NCBI GenBank assembly: GCA_001000675.1
Contig: LCHW01000001.1
Coordinates: 68,013-132,012 of the forward strand
DNA from: Candidatus Wolfebacteria bacterium GW2011_GWE2_44_13
GTDB lineage: Bacteria; Patescibacteriota; Minisyncoccia; UBA6257; UBA9933
Length of the DNA: 64,000 nt
Direction of reading: 5' to 3'
The first letter of the stretch is position 1; every line of letters starts with the position of its first letter. The notes beneath the pieces are model-generated. The model saw only the letters and a program-made list of their open reading frames with translations, did no database searches and was not told the origin of the DNA. The translations under genes were made by a program, and so were the position numbers. Shown here in pieces: positions 8,562 to 17,504 of the stretch.

Positions 8562-9260
8562 ATGGCGCTTATTCTGTGGTTCGTGTTCCTGATCGTTGTT
8601 GGCGTAGCCTGTATCAATTTGTATCCGTCTGCGTGTGATTCCGGCAAGATTGGGAATTTCTGGAAGAGAAGACATGCGAAGGTTGTGGCTATCGGTAAAA
8701 GCGCTTTATGGACTCTGTGGGGGATCGCCGTCCTTTCGCCGGTGTACTACGAATTTCCAGCCCACAATTCGGTGGTAGTGACGTTCGATAGGGACCATGT
8801 TGTCGAACATCGGCTTGGTAAGTTCTGTTGGGAGTGGGGGGAATTTTCCAATCTTCCTACTGGCGATATGGCGATTTCAAGTGGCGTGACGTTCCTTACG
8901 GAAAATCCAAAGGTCAGGCATTTGCGGTATTCGCTTAATGCCGGCATCTCGAACCCGGAAGCCTTTTATTCGGTCCCGCTTCGACGTATTAATGCGTCAG
9001 ACGTGGATAGTGAACATGGCGCGGATGCGGCAAGCTTCACGTATTCCCCTGGACGTTCAGTGAAGGAGGAGGTTGAAGCGCTGGTCATCACACAACTATT
9101 CGAATTCAATAACCGGTTTTCGAAGCAGCTCGTCGGGTTCTATAACCCGCTCGATAGTAAGCAGCAACAGGATTTTCGGGCTCTTATCGAACCGTGGCTC
9201 AATGACCAGCTTGCAAAGGATGGCGTCACGGTTGTTGCCAAAAACTTTAAGATCGATTAG
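8562..9260 (+). CDS. Hypothetical membrane-anchored protein, on a segment that looks inserted
   Basis: GGAGG SD before the ATG at 8562 (MALILWFVFLIVVG...). Single N-terminal TM. Higher GC than its neighbours. Confidence 0.45.
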   Translation: MALILWFVFLIVVGVACINLYPSACDSGKIGNFWKRRHAKVVAIGKSALWTLWGIAVLSPVYYEFPAHNSVVVTFDRDHVVEHRLGKFCWEWGEFSNLPTGDMAISSGVTFLTENPKVRHLRYSLNAGISNPEAFYSVPLRRINASDVDSEHGADAASFTYSPGRSVKEEVEALVITQLFEFNNRFSKQLVGFYNPLDSKQQQDFRALIEPWLNDQLAKDGVTVVAKNFKID

Positions 9261-9277
9261 TTCTACCATACAGTATC

Positions 9278-9307
9278 AAGCCGGCTCTCATAGCCGGCCT
9301 TTTTTTG
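9278..9307 (+). terminator. Rho-independent terminator
   Basis: gccggct-ctcat-agccggc followed by ctttttttg. Confidence 0.65.
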
Positions 9308-9340
9308 TTTGGAATTTACGGAACTGCTATACTTATCCAT

Positions 9341-9859
9341 ATGGATATATTTTCCCATGGGCTTTGGGCGGGGGCTGCGGCTCACGCGGTGAATCTTAAA
9401 ACAAAAACAAAAGTTTCTGTTTTAAAAACATTTGGATGGGGTATGTTCCCCGATCTTTTTTCATTTACTATCGCATTTGTTTGGATGTTTGCTACAGGGG
9501 TACAATTCGACGCGAAAAATGCGGAGCCGTTTGGAGGGAATGGACATTTTATTTCGCAGTTAACAAGCACACTCTATAATGTGAGTCATAGCCTGGTTAT
9601 ATTCGCAATTGTTTTTGGATTAGTTTGGGTTTTGTTTAAGCGCCCTGTTTGGGAAATGGGTGGGTGGCTGTTGCATATGCTTATCGACGTGCCAACGCAT
9701 TCGTATGCGTTTTATCCGACACCAATTTTATGGCCAATATCAGGATGGAAGTTTAATGGATTTTCGTGGGACCAGCCATGGTTTATGGTTTTGGATATCG
9801 CAGCGCTTTCTATCGTGTATTTAATTATTTGGTATACATATCAGCAAAAGAAAAAATAA
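9341..9859 (+). CDS. Membrane-bound metal-dependent hydrolase, YdjM/DUF457-like
   Basis: Start MDIFSHGLWAGAAAH (His-rich N-terminus), several TM helices, and conserved His residues (HMLIDVPTHSYAF). Confidence 0.45.
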   Translation: MDIFSHGLWAGAAAHAVNLKTKTKVSVLKTFGWGMFPDLFSFTIAFVWMFATGVQFDAKNAEPFGGNGHFISQLTSTLYNVSHSLVIFAIVFGLVWVLFKRPVWEMGGWLLHMLIDVPTHSYAFYPTPILWPISGWKFNGFSWDQPWFMVLDIAALSIVYLIIWYTYQQKKK

Positions 9860-9861
9860 TC

Positions 9862-10134
9862 ATGGCAATTATCAAAAAGAAAGCTTGGCCGGATTATTAC
9901 GAGCAGGTAGTGAGGGGAGAAAAGAAGTTTGATATGCGCGTTGCTGATTTCCCTGTTGTTGCGGGGGATACTCTTGTGCTAGAAGAATGGAATCCAGAAA
10001 TAAAGGAATATACTGGGCGTAGTATTAGTAAAAAAGTCGGATATGTAGGGACATTTCCGCTTGATGCGTTCGGGCAGCGGGAGGCCCTAGAGAAACATGG
10101 TCTGCATGTGATACAGTTTGAGGATGACGAGTAA
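9862..10134 (+). CDS. DUF3850 / ASCH-like PUA-fold protein
   Basis: MAIIKKKAWPDYYEQVVRGEKKFDMR...GDTLVLEEWNPEIKEYTGR matches the DUF3850 consensus (KIWPEYFEAVxSGKKTFEIR...EW...YTGR). Confidence 0.65.
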   Translation: MAIIKKKAWPDYYEQVVRGEKKFDMRVADFPVVAGDTLVLEEWNPEIKEYTGRSISKKVGYVGTFPLDAFGQREALEKHGLHVIQFEDDE

Positions 10135-10939
10135 GAAGCAACTGGAACAATTCAAGAAAATGGTTTGGGATTATTATCACGCTAATCGGCGTGATTTTCC
10201 GTGGAGGAAAAATATTAATCCGTATCGGGTCCTGGTTTCCGAAATCATGCTGCAGCAGACGCAGGTTTCGCGTGGCATCATTAAGTACAAAGAATTTTTA
10301 AAAGCATTTCCGACGTTTCCCGCACTTGCAAAAGCGTCTAATGCGGATGTGCTTACGGTGTGGCAGGGGCTGGGCTATAACCGACGCGCGCTGTATTTGA
10401 AAAAAGCTGCCGAGGTCGTGGTGAGCGAATACAAAGGAAAGCTTCCGGATACACCGGAGCTCCTTGTGAAATTGCCGGGGATTGGTATCTATACTGCCGG
10501 CGCTGTGTGCGCTTTCGCATTTAACAAACCCGTCGTTTTTATTGATACGAATGTACGACGCATCTACATCCACCATTTTTTTAACGATAAGGAGGGAATT
10601 ACTGATGCAGAACTTATTCCCTATATTGAGGCGACATTAGATAAAGAGAATGCACGAGAATGGTATTCGGCGCTTATGGATTATGGATCTATACTGGGTC
10701 TTAAAGAAGATAATGCGAATAAGAGAAGTGCGCATTATGTAAAGCAATCAAAATTTGAGGGTTCATTGCGACAAATTAGGGGGAAAATTCTTAAGCTTGT
10801 AACGAATAATAAACAGGTCACAAGAAAAGAATTGCAGAAAGTTTTAAACGAAACACCAGAGCGGATTGAAGAAGCTATTAAGGGGTTGGAGAAAGACGGA
10901 ATGCTAATTGTTAAAAAGAATACCATTGCAATTGCGTAA
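10118..10939 (+). CDS. HhH-GPD DNA glycosylase, MutY-like (no 4Fe-4S cluster loop)
   Basis: WRKNINPYRVLVSEIMLQQTQV matches the MutY N-terminus. HhH-GPD with LPGIGIYTAGAV and a catalytic Asp in VFIDTNV. No Cys-x6-Cys-x2-Cys-x5-Cys. Confidence 0.7.
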   Translation: MRMTSKKQLEQFKKMVWDYYHANRRDFPWRKNINPYRVLVSEIMLQQTQVSRGIIKYKEFLKAFPTFPALAKASNADVLTVWQGLGYNRRALYLKKAAEVVVSEYKGKLPDTPELLVKLPGIGIYTAGAVCAFAFNKPVVFIDTNVRRIYIHHFFNDKEGITDAELIPYIEATLDKENAREWYSALMDYGSILGLKEDNANKRSAHYVKQSKFEGSLRQIRGKILKLVTNNKQVTRKELQKVLNETPERIEEAIKGLEKDGMLIVKKNTIAIA

Positions 10940-10946
10940 TGGTATA

Positions 10947-11531
10947 ATGACGAATATGCGTATTGGAATAGATATAGATGATGTGTTGGCTGATACAGTA
11001 AATGCCGTCTGCACATTTCATAATGAAACGTATGGAACAAGCCTGAAGAGAGACGATTTTTTAAGTCGTCAGCTTTGGAAAGTATTAGGAGAATCAAAAG
11101 AGGATGCTTCCCAGAAGATGCAGCTGTTTTCCAAGACAGGACACGCCCTATCAAGGAGTGTTATTGATGGTGCATTTTTTGCACTTAGTGCATTTAAAAA
11201 ATCCGGGCATGAGTTATTTGGTGTGACTGCACGACCCCACTATATGGTTGATCAGACGGAAGTGTGGGTTGCTACTTATTTTCCAAATATATTTTCCGAA
11301 ATTCTATTTTGTGATACGGGGAAGGAGGGGGTCATAAAAGAGAAGAAATCAGACATTTGTAAAAGATTAGGTATTGGTATGATGATTGAGGACGATATTG
11401 ATCATGCGCTCGACTGTGCTGAGAATGGAATAGAAGTTATTTTATTGGATTGTCCCTGGAATCAAGGAGAATTACCGGAAAATGTCCATCGAGTTTCTTC
11501 ATGGACTGAGGCACTTCGATTAGTTCCGTGA
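10947..11531 (+). CDS. HAD-superfamily 5'(3')-deoxyribonucleotidase-like (NT5C family)
   Basis: MRIGIDIDDVLAD is the HAD motif I (DxDxV) typical of NT5C. TATAAT at 10944. Confidence 0.55.
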   Translation: MTNMRIGIDIDDVLADTVNAVCTFHNETYGTSLKRDDFLSRQLWKVLGESKEDASQKMQLFSKTGHALSRSVIDGAFFALSAFKKSGHELFGVTARPHYMVDQTEVWVATYFPNIFSEILFCDTGKEGVIKEKKSDICKRLGIGMMIEDDIDHALDCAENGIEVILLDCPWNQGELPENVHRVSSWTEALRLVP

Positions 11532-11606
11532 ATGCAACGATGTTTAACACCGTTACGCATCACGCTTTAGGAATAGTTTTATGCTGGCGTGTGATATACT
11601 TATGCT

Positions 11607-11840
11607 ATGAAATTAATTCCTATTGGGCTTGTTGAGGGAGATATGATGGGTGAAATTATTAAAGGGCGCCTTATTGCCGAAGGTATAGAATGTGAAATTA
11701 CATCACCGAGCAGAGCACATGCTTCTTCGGGAGCTGCGACCAAGGATCCGTATAGTTCTGAAATCTATGTTGCGGAAGACAAGAAGGATGAAGCTGCACA
11801 ACTTATAAAAGAAATCGATTCGACTGCAGTAATTTATTAA
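11607..11840 (+). CDS. DUF2007-like small protein
   Basis: MKLIPIGLVEGDMMGEIIKGRLIAEGIECEI... fits the DUF2007 pattern (MKLVxV...EAxxxKxxLExEGI). Confidence 0.4.
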   Translation: MKLIPIGLVEGDMMGEIIKGRLIAEGIECEITSPSRAHASSGAATKDPYSSEIYVAEDKKDEAAQLIKEIDSTAVIY

Positions 11841-11852
11841 TATCCAGTATTT

Positions 11853-14399
11853 ATGGGCCCTAAATTACTTGATAAACGGAAAAAGAAAGCTCTTAAGATT
11901 ATTAAAAAGCTGAAAGAGCTTTTTCCGGTTTCAAAAATTGCACTAAACTATTCCAATAATTGGGAGCTGCTCGTTGCGGTTGAACTGTCGGCACAATGCA
12001 CTGACAAAAAAGTGAATGAAGTAACGGAGATATTGTTTAAAAAATATAAAACATTGAATGATTACGTGCATGCTGATCCGCGTGCATTTGAAAAAGATAT
12101 TCATGCGACGGGGTTTTATCATAATAAAACGAAAAATATTCTTGCTGCGGCGAAGATGGTGCAAGGCCAATTTGGAGGAGTTGTGCCAAAGACGATGCAG
12201 GAAATGTTAGAGATTCCCGGGGTAGCGCGCAAGACGGCTAATGTTGTACTGGGAAGCGCGTATGGAGTTGTAGAAGGAATCGCGGTTGATACACATGTGA
12301 TACGACTCACGCGATTGTTAGGGCTTACAAGCGAATCGAACCCCGTAAAAATAGAGCGCGATTTAATGGAGATTTTACCGAAAGAAGAGTGGCTCGAATT
12401 CACGTATCGGTTGATCGATTACGGAAGGGCCTATTGCCCTGCTCGAGCACAAAAACTCTCTATAATCATCCCCCTCTTTCTCTTTTTATTACTACCGAAT
12501 AGTTCTTTTGCGCAGCAGCAGGTGTATTCGTATGATGCAATCAATACGACAATTACTGTTAACGGCGATGCAACGTTTACGGTTGAAGAGCAGCAATTGT
12601 TTAATTACGAGGCAGGAACGTTTCATCAAGGGTGGCGCGCTATTTCGCTTGATAAAATAAGCCGCATTACGGATGTGCAGGTTATTGATGGTGCAACAGG
12701 ACAACCATTACAACACAGTAGCCAACGGCTTAATAAAACCGATCCTGATAGCTGGGGAAAATATACAGGGTATACACAGGATGGGAATGTAAACATCGAA
12801 TGGTATTACGACCTTGCTAATACAAAGCACTTGTGGGTATTGCGGTATGTGGTGCACGGCGGGTTCTCGTTCTACAAAGAAAACGATCGATTATATTGGA
12901 ACGCATTAACTGACTATAGCAGTCCTATTGGACTCGCTTCTGTAAAAGTCTTATTCCCTGAGAATGCAGATCTATCTTCTATGCAGTTTGATGCGTATCG
13001 AGAAGATAGTTATGCGATAAATAAAATAGTACAGGGGAATAATAGTATCTATTTTGAAACTCCGTTTATTCAGCCATACGAAGCGTTTACCATAGACATC
13101 GCTTTTCCAAAAGGAATCATAAGTGAATCTGCATTTTGGAAAGAATGGCTTACTGCGTATTGGGGATACGTAGGCTCTGGTATTGCCGCTGTGCTTGGGG
13201 TATTGTTTTCATTATTGTATTGGTATCGCACGGAGCGCTATGGAAAAGGACGTGGCGTTATTATTGCGCAGTACGAGCCGCCGCAGCAATTGCGCCCAGC
13301 GATGGCCGAAGTTTTAGTTAAGGAAAAGATTACGGAAAAAACATGGCCGGCAACAATTATTGACCTTGCGGTTAGAGGGTATATTGCAATCAAAGAAGAG
13401 CCTGAAGATAAACTCGTTGTATTTATACGCCTTTCTCTTGCTGTGATTTTAGTGGGTATCTTAGGAGCTATTAGCGTCCTGGTGCTTTTTGTCGACGTTC
13501 CGTTTGAAGGGAGAATGCCGTTGGTTCTATTTATAGCGGCCCCAATCCTTGTCCTTATTATTGCTTATCGGAAGGAGGGCAGTATTAAAAAATCATTTGC
13601 ACCGAAGAGTTACATTTTAGAAAAAGTAAAGGAATACGAAAACGATCCTAGCCTTGAAGAGTATGAAGTTAAATTCCTGCGGATTATTTTTTCTGGCATC
13701 GACCTAGTAACTAAAGAAAAGAAAAACCATTTTTCGTTAAAAGAGATAAAAAAGAGCTCCTCGTCTCAGAGAGAGCTTGCGCGATTACTTAACCTTCTAA
13801 AGGATGATTTGTATAAGGAGACTGATAAAGACACAAAGGCATTCGAAAAAGCGATACATAAGGAAAAATATTTTATGTTTGTGCTGTTCGGCCTCACCTT
13901 TTTCTTCGCAATGCTTAATAAGATACAAATCATTGATTTGGAAAATCAGCTGCATTTCCTCGTGTTTGTGTGCGCCATTGTTGTAGCTGTTGTGATTGCA
14001 TTTATAAAATTTGAATCGCGGCTTTCGCATGAAGGATATCTCTTAAAAGAAGATTGGCTTGGGTTTAAGCTGTATTTAGAAACGGCAGAAAAATATCGTA
14101 TGCAGAATCTTACGCCTGATATTTTTGAAAAATATCTTCCGTACGCAATGATATTTGGTATTGAAAAAAAATGGGCAAAATCGTTTGAAGGTATACATAT
14201 GCAACCTCCGAGTTGGTACGGATCTTCTTCTGTCGGTATGGCTGCGGGGATTTCTTCTGGCACATCTTTTTCCCCAGTTGGTTTTAGCTCAAGTTTCTCG
14301 TCTTCTTTTTCAAGTGCCTTTGCGTCGGCAGGGGGAGGCGGGGGAGGAGGTGGATCTGCGGGCGGAGGAGGTGGAGGCGGAGGAGGTGGTGCGAGCTAG
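11853..14399 (+). CDS. Apparent in-frame fusion: endonuclease III-like HhH-GPD domain (aa 1-215, no FeS loop) + DUF2207 membrane protein with a C-terminal poly-Gly/Ser tail
   Basis: N-terminus is Nth-like (LLVAVELSAQCTDKKVN, GVARKTANVVL, AVDTHV). After ...DYGRAYCPARAQK it runs straight into a signal-peptide-like LSIIIPLFLFLLLPNSSFAQQ. TM helices follow, then WLGFKLYLETAEKYRMQ...FEKYLPYAMIFG and a SSSFSSSFSSAFASAGGGGGGGGSAGGGGGGGGGGAS tail typical of DUF2207. Confidence 0.6.
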   Translation: MGPKLLDKRKKKALKIIKKLKELFPVSKIALNYSNNWELLVAVELSAQCTDKKVNEVTEILFKKYKTLNDYVHADPRAFEKDIHATGFYHNKTKNILAAAKMVQGQFGGVVPKTMQEMLEIPGVARKTANVVLGSAYGVVEGIAVDTHVIRLTRLLGLTSESNPVKIERDLMEILPKEEWLEFTYRLIDYGRAYCPARAQKLSIIIPLFLFLLLPNSSFAQQQVYSYDAINTTITVNGDATFTVEEQQLFNYEAGTFHQGWRAISLDKISRITDVQVIDGATGQPLQHSSQRLNKTDPDSWGKYTGYTQDGNVNIEWYYDLANTKHLWVLRYVVHGGFSFYKENDRLYWNALTDYSSPIGLASVKVLFPENADLSSMQFDAYREDSYAINKIVQGNNSIYFETPFIQPYEAFTIDIAFPKGIISESAFWKEWLTAYWGYVGSGIAAVLGVLFSLLYWYRTERYGKGRGVIIAQYEPPQQLRPAMAEVLVKEKITEKTWPATIIDLAVRGYIAIKEEPEDKLVVFIRLSLAVILVGILGAISVLVLFVDVPFEGRMPLVLFIAAPILVLIIAYRKEGSIKKSFAPKSYILEKVKEYENDPSLEEYEVKFLRIIFSGIDLVTKEKKNHFSLKEIKKSSSSQRELARLLNLLKDDLYKETDKDTKAFEKAIHKEKYFMFVLFGLTFFFAMLNKIQIIDLENQLHFLVFVCAIVVAVVIAFIKFESRLSHEGYLLKEDWLGFKLYLETAEKYRMQNLTPDIFEKYLPYAMIFGIEKKWAKSFEGIHMQPPSWYGSSSVGMAAGISSGTSFSPVGFSSSFSSSFSSAFASAGGGGGGGGSAGGGGGGGGGGAS

Positions 14400-14471
14400 C
14401 CTATCTTTCTTTGGTTGTGCATCAGGCGTATACTTAAAGAAATATTCATTGTAAATAATTAATTATTAATT

Positions 14472-14915
14472 ATGAAAGAAAAGTATACATTGATGGGCGT
14501 CATCCTCATTGCAATGCTTGTGGTTGGCGCTGTTGCGTATCGAACTGCATATCAGGAAAACGCATATCCTGAACGAGGAGAAGATGGGTGTTTCGGAGGA
14601 TGCCCAACGGGAGCGACTGTGGACGTGGAAGGTGGCGTAGCGCAATCAACTGTGACTTATACCGCTACCGGATTTTCTCCTGCACCACTTACGGTAAAAA
14701 TCGGAGAAACAGTTATGTTTAAAAATGAAAGCGTAAATCCAATGTGGGTTGCATCCGCACCACATCCAGCGCACACTGACTATCCGGAATTTGATGCAAT
14801 GAAAGCGATCATGCCAGGGGAATCTTACTCGTTCACCTTTAATAAGATTGGCACATGGAAATATCATAACCATATGAATGCCACCCAATACGGATCGATC
14901 ATGGTTACTGAATAA
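14472..14915 (+). CDS. Secreted cupredoxin-like domain protein (no canonical Cys ligand)
   Basis: Signal anchor and a single beta-sandwich-sized domain. TVKIGETVMFKNES...PGESYSFTF.KIGTWKYHNHM resembles the plastocyanin/EfeO cupredoxin fold. Confidence 0.45.
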   Translation: MKEKYTLMGVILIAMLVVGAVAYRTAYQENAYPERGEDGCFGGCPTGATVDVEGGVAQSTVTYTATGFSPAPLTVKIGETVMFKNESVNPMWVASAPHPAHTDYPEFDAMKAIMPGESYSFTFNKIGTWKYHNHMNATQYGSIMVTE

Positions 14916-14927
14916 TATAAAGATACA

Positions 14928-14956
14928 ACGGCTTGCCAACTGGCAAGCCGTTTTGG
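14928..14956 (+). terminator. Rho-independent terminator
   Basis: cggcttgcca-ac-tggcaagccg followed by ttttgg. Confidence 0.7.
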
Positions 14957-14976
14957 TGTATACTTAAGAGAGATAT

Positions 14977-15465
14977 ATGTATATGAAAATGAAGAAGGGG
15001 ATTATTTTATCAATATTGTTCTTGGGCTCGATGGTACTGTCTGTGGTTATTTTTCTATTACACCCGAGCTTCTTTTTAAGTCGCAAACAGATTGGCAATA
15101 GCGTTTCTTTCCCTGAGAAAAATATTACTGTTTCAGTTGAGCTTGCCGTAACGCCCTATCAATGGAGTAAGGGGCTTATGTTTCGCGAAGAACTTGCTTC
15201 GGGAGCGGGGATGCTCTTTGTATTTCCGAATGAAGAAATACGCTCGTTTTGGATGAAAAATACACTCATACCGCTTGATATCCTATTTATCAATGCAGAT
15301 AAAAAAATAGTGACTATGCATAAAGATGTGCAGCCATGCACAACGCTGCTTTGCCCACAGTATGCTTCGACGGTGAAGGCTATGTATGCGCTTGAGGTGA
15401 ATGCTGGGTTCGTTGATGCGCATGTTATACATGAAGGGGATACACTAGTGATCGCAAAGAAGTGA
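14977..15465 (+). CDS. DUF192 family protein (COG1430)
   Basis: VELAVTPYQWSKGLMFREEL..GMLFVFP.....FWMKNTLIPLDILFI..D.KIV matches the conserved DUF192 core. Confidence 0.75.
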   Translation: MYMKMKKGIILSILFLGSMVLSVVIFLLHPSFFLSRKQIGNSVSFPEKNITVSVELAVTPYQWSKGLMFREELASGAGMLFVFPNEEIRSFWMKNTLIPLDILFINADKKIVTMHKDVQPCTTLLCPQYASTVKAMYALEVNAGFVDAHVIHEGDTLVIAKK

Positions 15466-15505
15466 CAATCGACTTATTTTTAGATATGCTGCTACATACA
15501 AATAT

Positions 15506-16834
15506 ATGAAGATGCAAAAGAATAAAGTATTAATACAGGGAATGCATTGTGAATCCTGCGCAATTCGAATCGAGCAGGCGCTTAATGCTATTGAGGGGAT
15601 TGAGCAGGTTTCGGTCAATCGTGAGAAGGGCGAGGCAATTATCGGTTTTAACGGACCCGCTCCTACATACGAGCAAATAGAAAAGGCTATTTGCGACGTT
15701 GGCTATTCTATAGGAAGCGCAGAAGATGTGCCATGGATATCAAAAAGAGCTAAAGATTACACACACCTTCTTATTGGAGGGGTTATTTTAGGGGCCCTTT
15801 ATTTGATTGCGCGAATGACTGGACTGCTTGATTTACGCTTAGATACTACCGGAGAGAATATTTGGGTTGCGCTTCTCGTCGGACTTACTGCTGGAGTTTC
15901 TTCTTGTATGGCACTCATCGGAGGACTTACGCTTGGTTTTTCCGCTCGACATGCTGAGCTGCATCCGGAAGCAACTCCTTTGCAGAATTTTAGGCCACAT
16001 TTATTTTTTAATGCGGGGAGGCTTTTGGGATATGCCTTGTTAGGAGGTTTTATTGGGTTGATCGGTTCGGTTATTAGTATTTCGACAACGATACTTAATC
16101 TTATGGCATTTGCCGTGGGAATTGTTATGGTTTTCCTCGGATTAAAATTGATTGATATTTTTCCTATATTAAAAAATAAAACAATAACACTCCCAAAGGC
16201 ACTCTCAAATGTTTTGGGTCTGCGCGATAGTGATAAAGAATATAGTCATTCGGGCGCGTTTATCGCGGGGTCGTTAACATTCTTTTTACCGTGCGGCTTT
16301 ACACAAGCAATGCAGTTGTATGCTGTGAGCACGGGTGATTTTGGTAAAGGAGCTTTGGTGATGTTTTTGTTTGCTGTTGGTACGACGCCGGGGCTATTGG
16401 GTATCGGTTGGCTCTCTTCTGTGTTTAAGGGCTTGCGGGCGCGTATATTTTTTGCAACCGCTGGGCTTGTTGTTATTGTGATGGGGAGTATTACCATCGC
16501 GAATGCGCTTCCTCCGCTGCCATCGCTTACTCAGCAGCATCCTGCGGTCACTGAAAGTATTTTAAATGGAGGAGCGCAAGAAGTGCGTATGACGCAAGGA
16601 CCTAATGGATATAGCCCTAATCAATTTATACTCAAAAAAGGAGTTCCCGTACGATGGATTGTTGATTCGACCAGTCAGTATTCATGCGCTAATTATCTTG
16701 TCATGTCTGACTATGATGTAAGACAAACATTAAAGCCTGGAGAAAATGTAATCGAATTTACTCCGACAGAGGATGGCAAGATACCGTTTGCGTGCTCTAT
16801 GGGTATGTATCGAGGTACGTTCATCGTGCAGTAA
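15506..16834 (+). CDS. Heavy-metal-associated (HMA) domain + polytopic DsbD_2/CcdA-like membrane domain + C-terminal cupredoxin-like domain protein
   Basis: N-terminal GMHCESCAIRIEQAL is the MxCxxC HMA motif. The 6-8 TM region has Cys in TM segments (GVSSCMALIGG, FFLPCGFTQ). The C-terminal roughly 90 aa are beta-rich and end ...ACSMGMYRGTFIVQ. Confidence 0.55.
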   Translation: MKMQKNKVLIQGMHCESCAIRIEQALNAIEGIEQVSVNREKGEAIIGFNGPAPTYEQIEKAICDVGYSIGSAEDVPWISKRAKDYTHLLIGGVILGALYLIARMTGLLDLRLDTTGENIWVALLVGLTAGVSSCMALIGGLTLGFSARHAELHPEATPLQNFRPHLFFNAGRLLGYALLGGFIGLIGSVISISTTILNLMAFAVGIVMVFLGLKLIDIFPILKNKTITLPKALSNVLGLRDSDKEYSHSGAFIAGSLTFFLPCGFTQAMQLYAVSTGDFGKGALVMFLFAVGTTPGLLGIGWLSSVFKGLRARIFFATAGLVVIVMGSITIANALPPLPSLTQQHPAVTESILNGGAQEVRMTQGPNGYSPNQFILKKGVPVRWIVDSTSQYSCANYLVMSDYDVRQTLKPGENVIEFTPTEDGKIPFACSMGMYRGTFIVQ

Positions 16835-16908
16835 GGGGAATTTATTGACCCTCGATAGATTCCTCGCTAGTATGTACGTATACGGTACTCACTATAACGA
16901 ACAATAGT

Positions 16909-17454
16909 ATGGCAGGACATTCCCACGCAGCAAACGTAAAACATAAAAAGGCAGCAAACGATAAAAAACGGGCAAAAGTATTTTCCAAGCTTATTAAGGC
17001 TATCTCTATAGCTGCCCGTGACGAGGCAAATCCTCAGTTTAATCCAAGGCTTCGTACTGCTATTGATACTGCTGTCGAAAGCCAAGTACCAAAAGAAAAT
17101 ATCGATCGTGCAATTAAGAAAGCATCTGAGCCGGGGGAAGAACTTGAAGAACTTACAATGGAAGCCTATGGGCCAGAAGGTTCTGCGCTTATTATTACTG
17201 CGATTACCGATAATAAAAACAGAACAGTAAGTGAGGTGAAGTTGATTCTTAAAAAACAGGATGCTAAATGGGCTGACCCAGGGAGTGTGCTTTGGGCGTT
17301 TGAAAAAGATGGGGATGGATGGAACGCAAAGTTTCCGCAAGCTATTTCTGCAGAAGGAATGGAAAAATTAGAAACACTTATCGAGGCACTTGATGATCAT
17401 GATGATGTTGATGATATTTACGTGAATTGTAATATGTCAGAAGGGGAGGAGTGA
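16909..17454 (+). CDS. yebC: YebC/PmpR-family transcriptional regulator (short form)
   Basis: MAGHSHAANVKHKKAANDKKRAKVFSKLIKAI matches the YebC N-terminus [32 protein letters not shown]. 181 aa, shorter than canonical. Confidence 0.8.
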   Translation: MAGHSHAANVKHKKAANDKKRAKVFSKLIKAISIAARDEANPQFNPRLRTAIDTAVESQVPKENIDRAIKKASEPGEELEELTMEAYGPEGSALIITAITDNKNRTVSEVKLILKKQDAKWADPGSVLWAFEKDGDGWNAKFPQAISAEGMEKLETLIEALDDHDDVDDIYVNCNMSEGEE

Positions 17455-17504
17455 GAGATGGGGTATAAGAAATGACAATTCTTTAATAGAAGAAATATAT
17501 ATGT

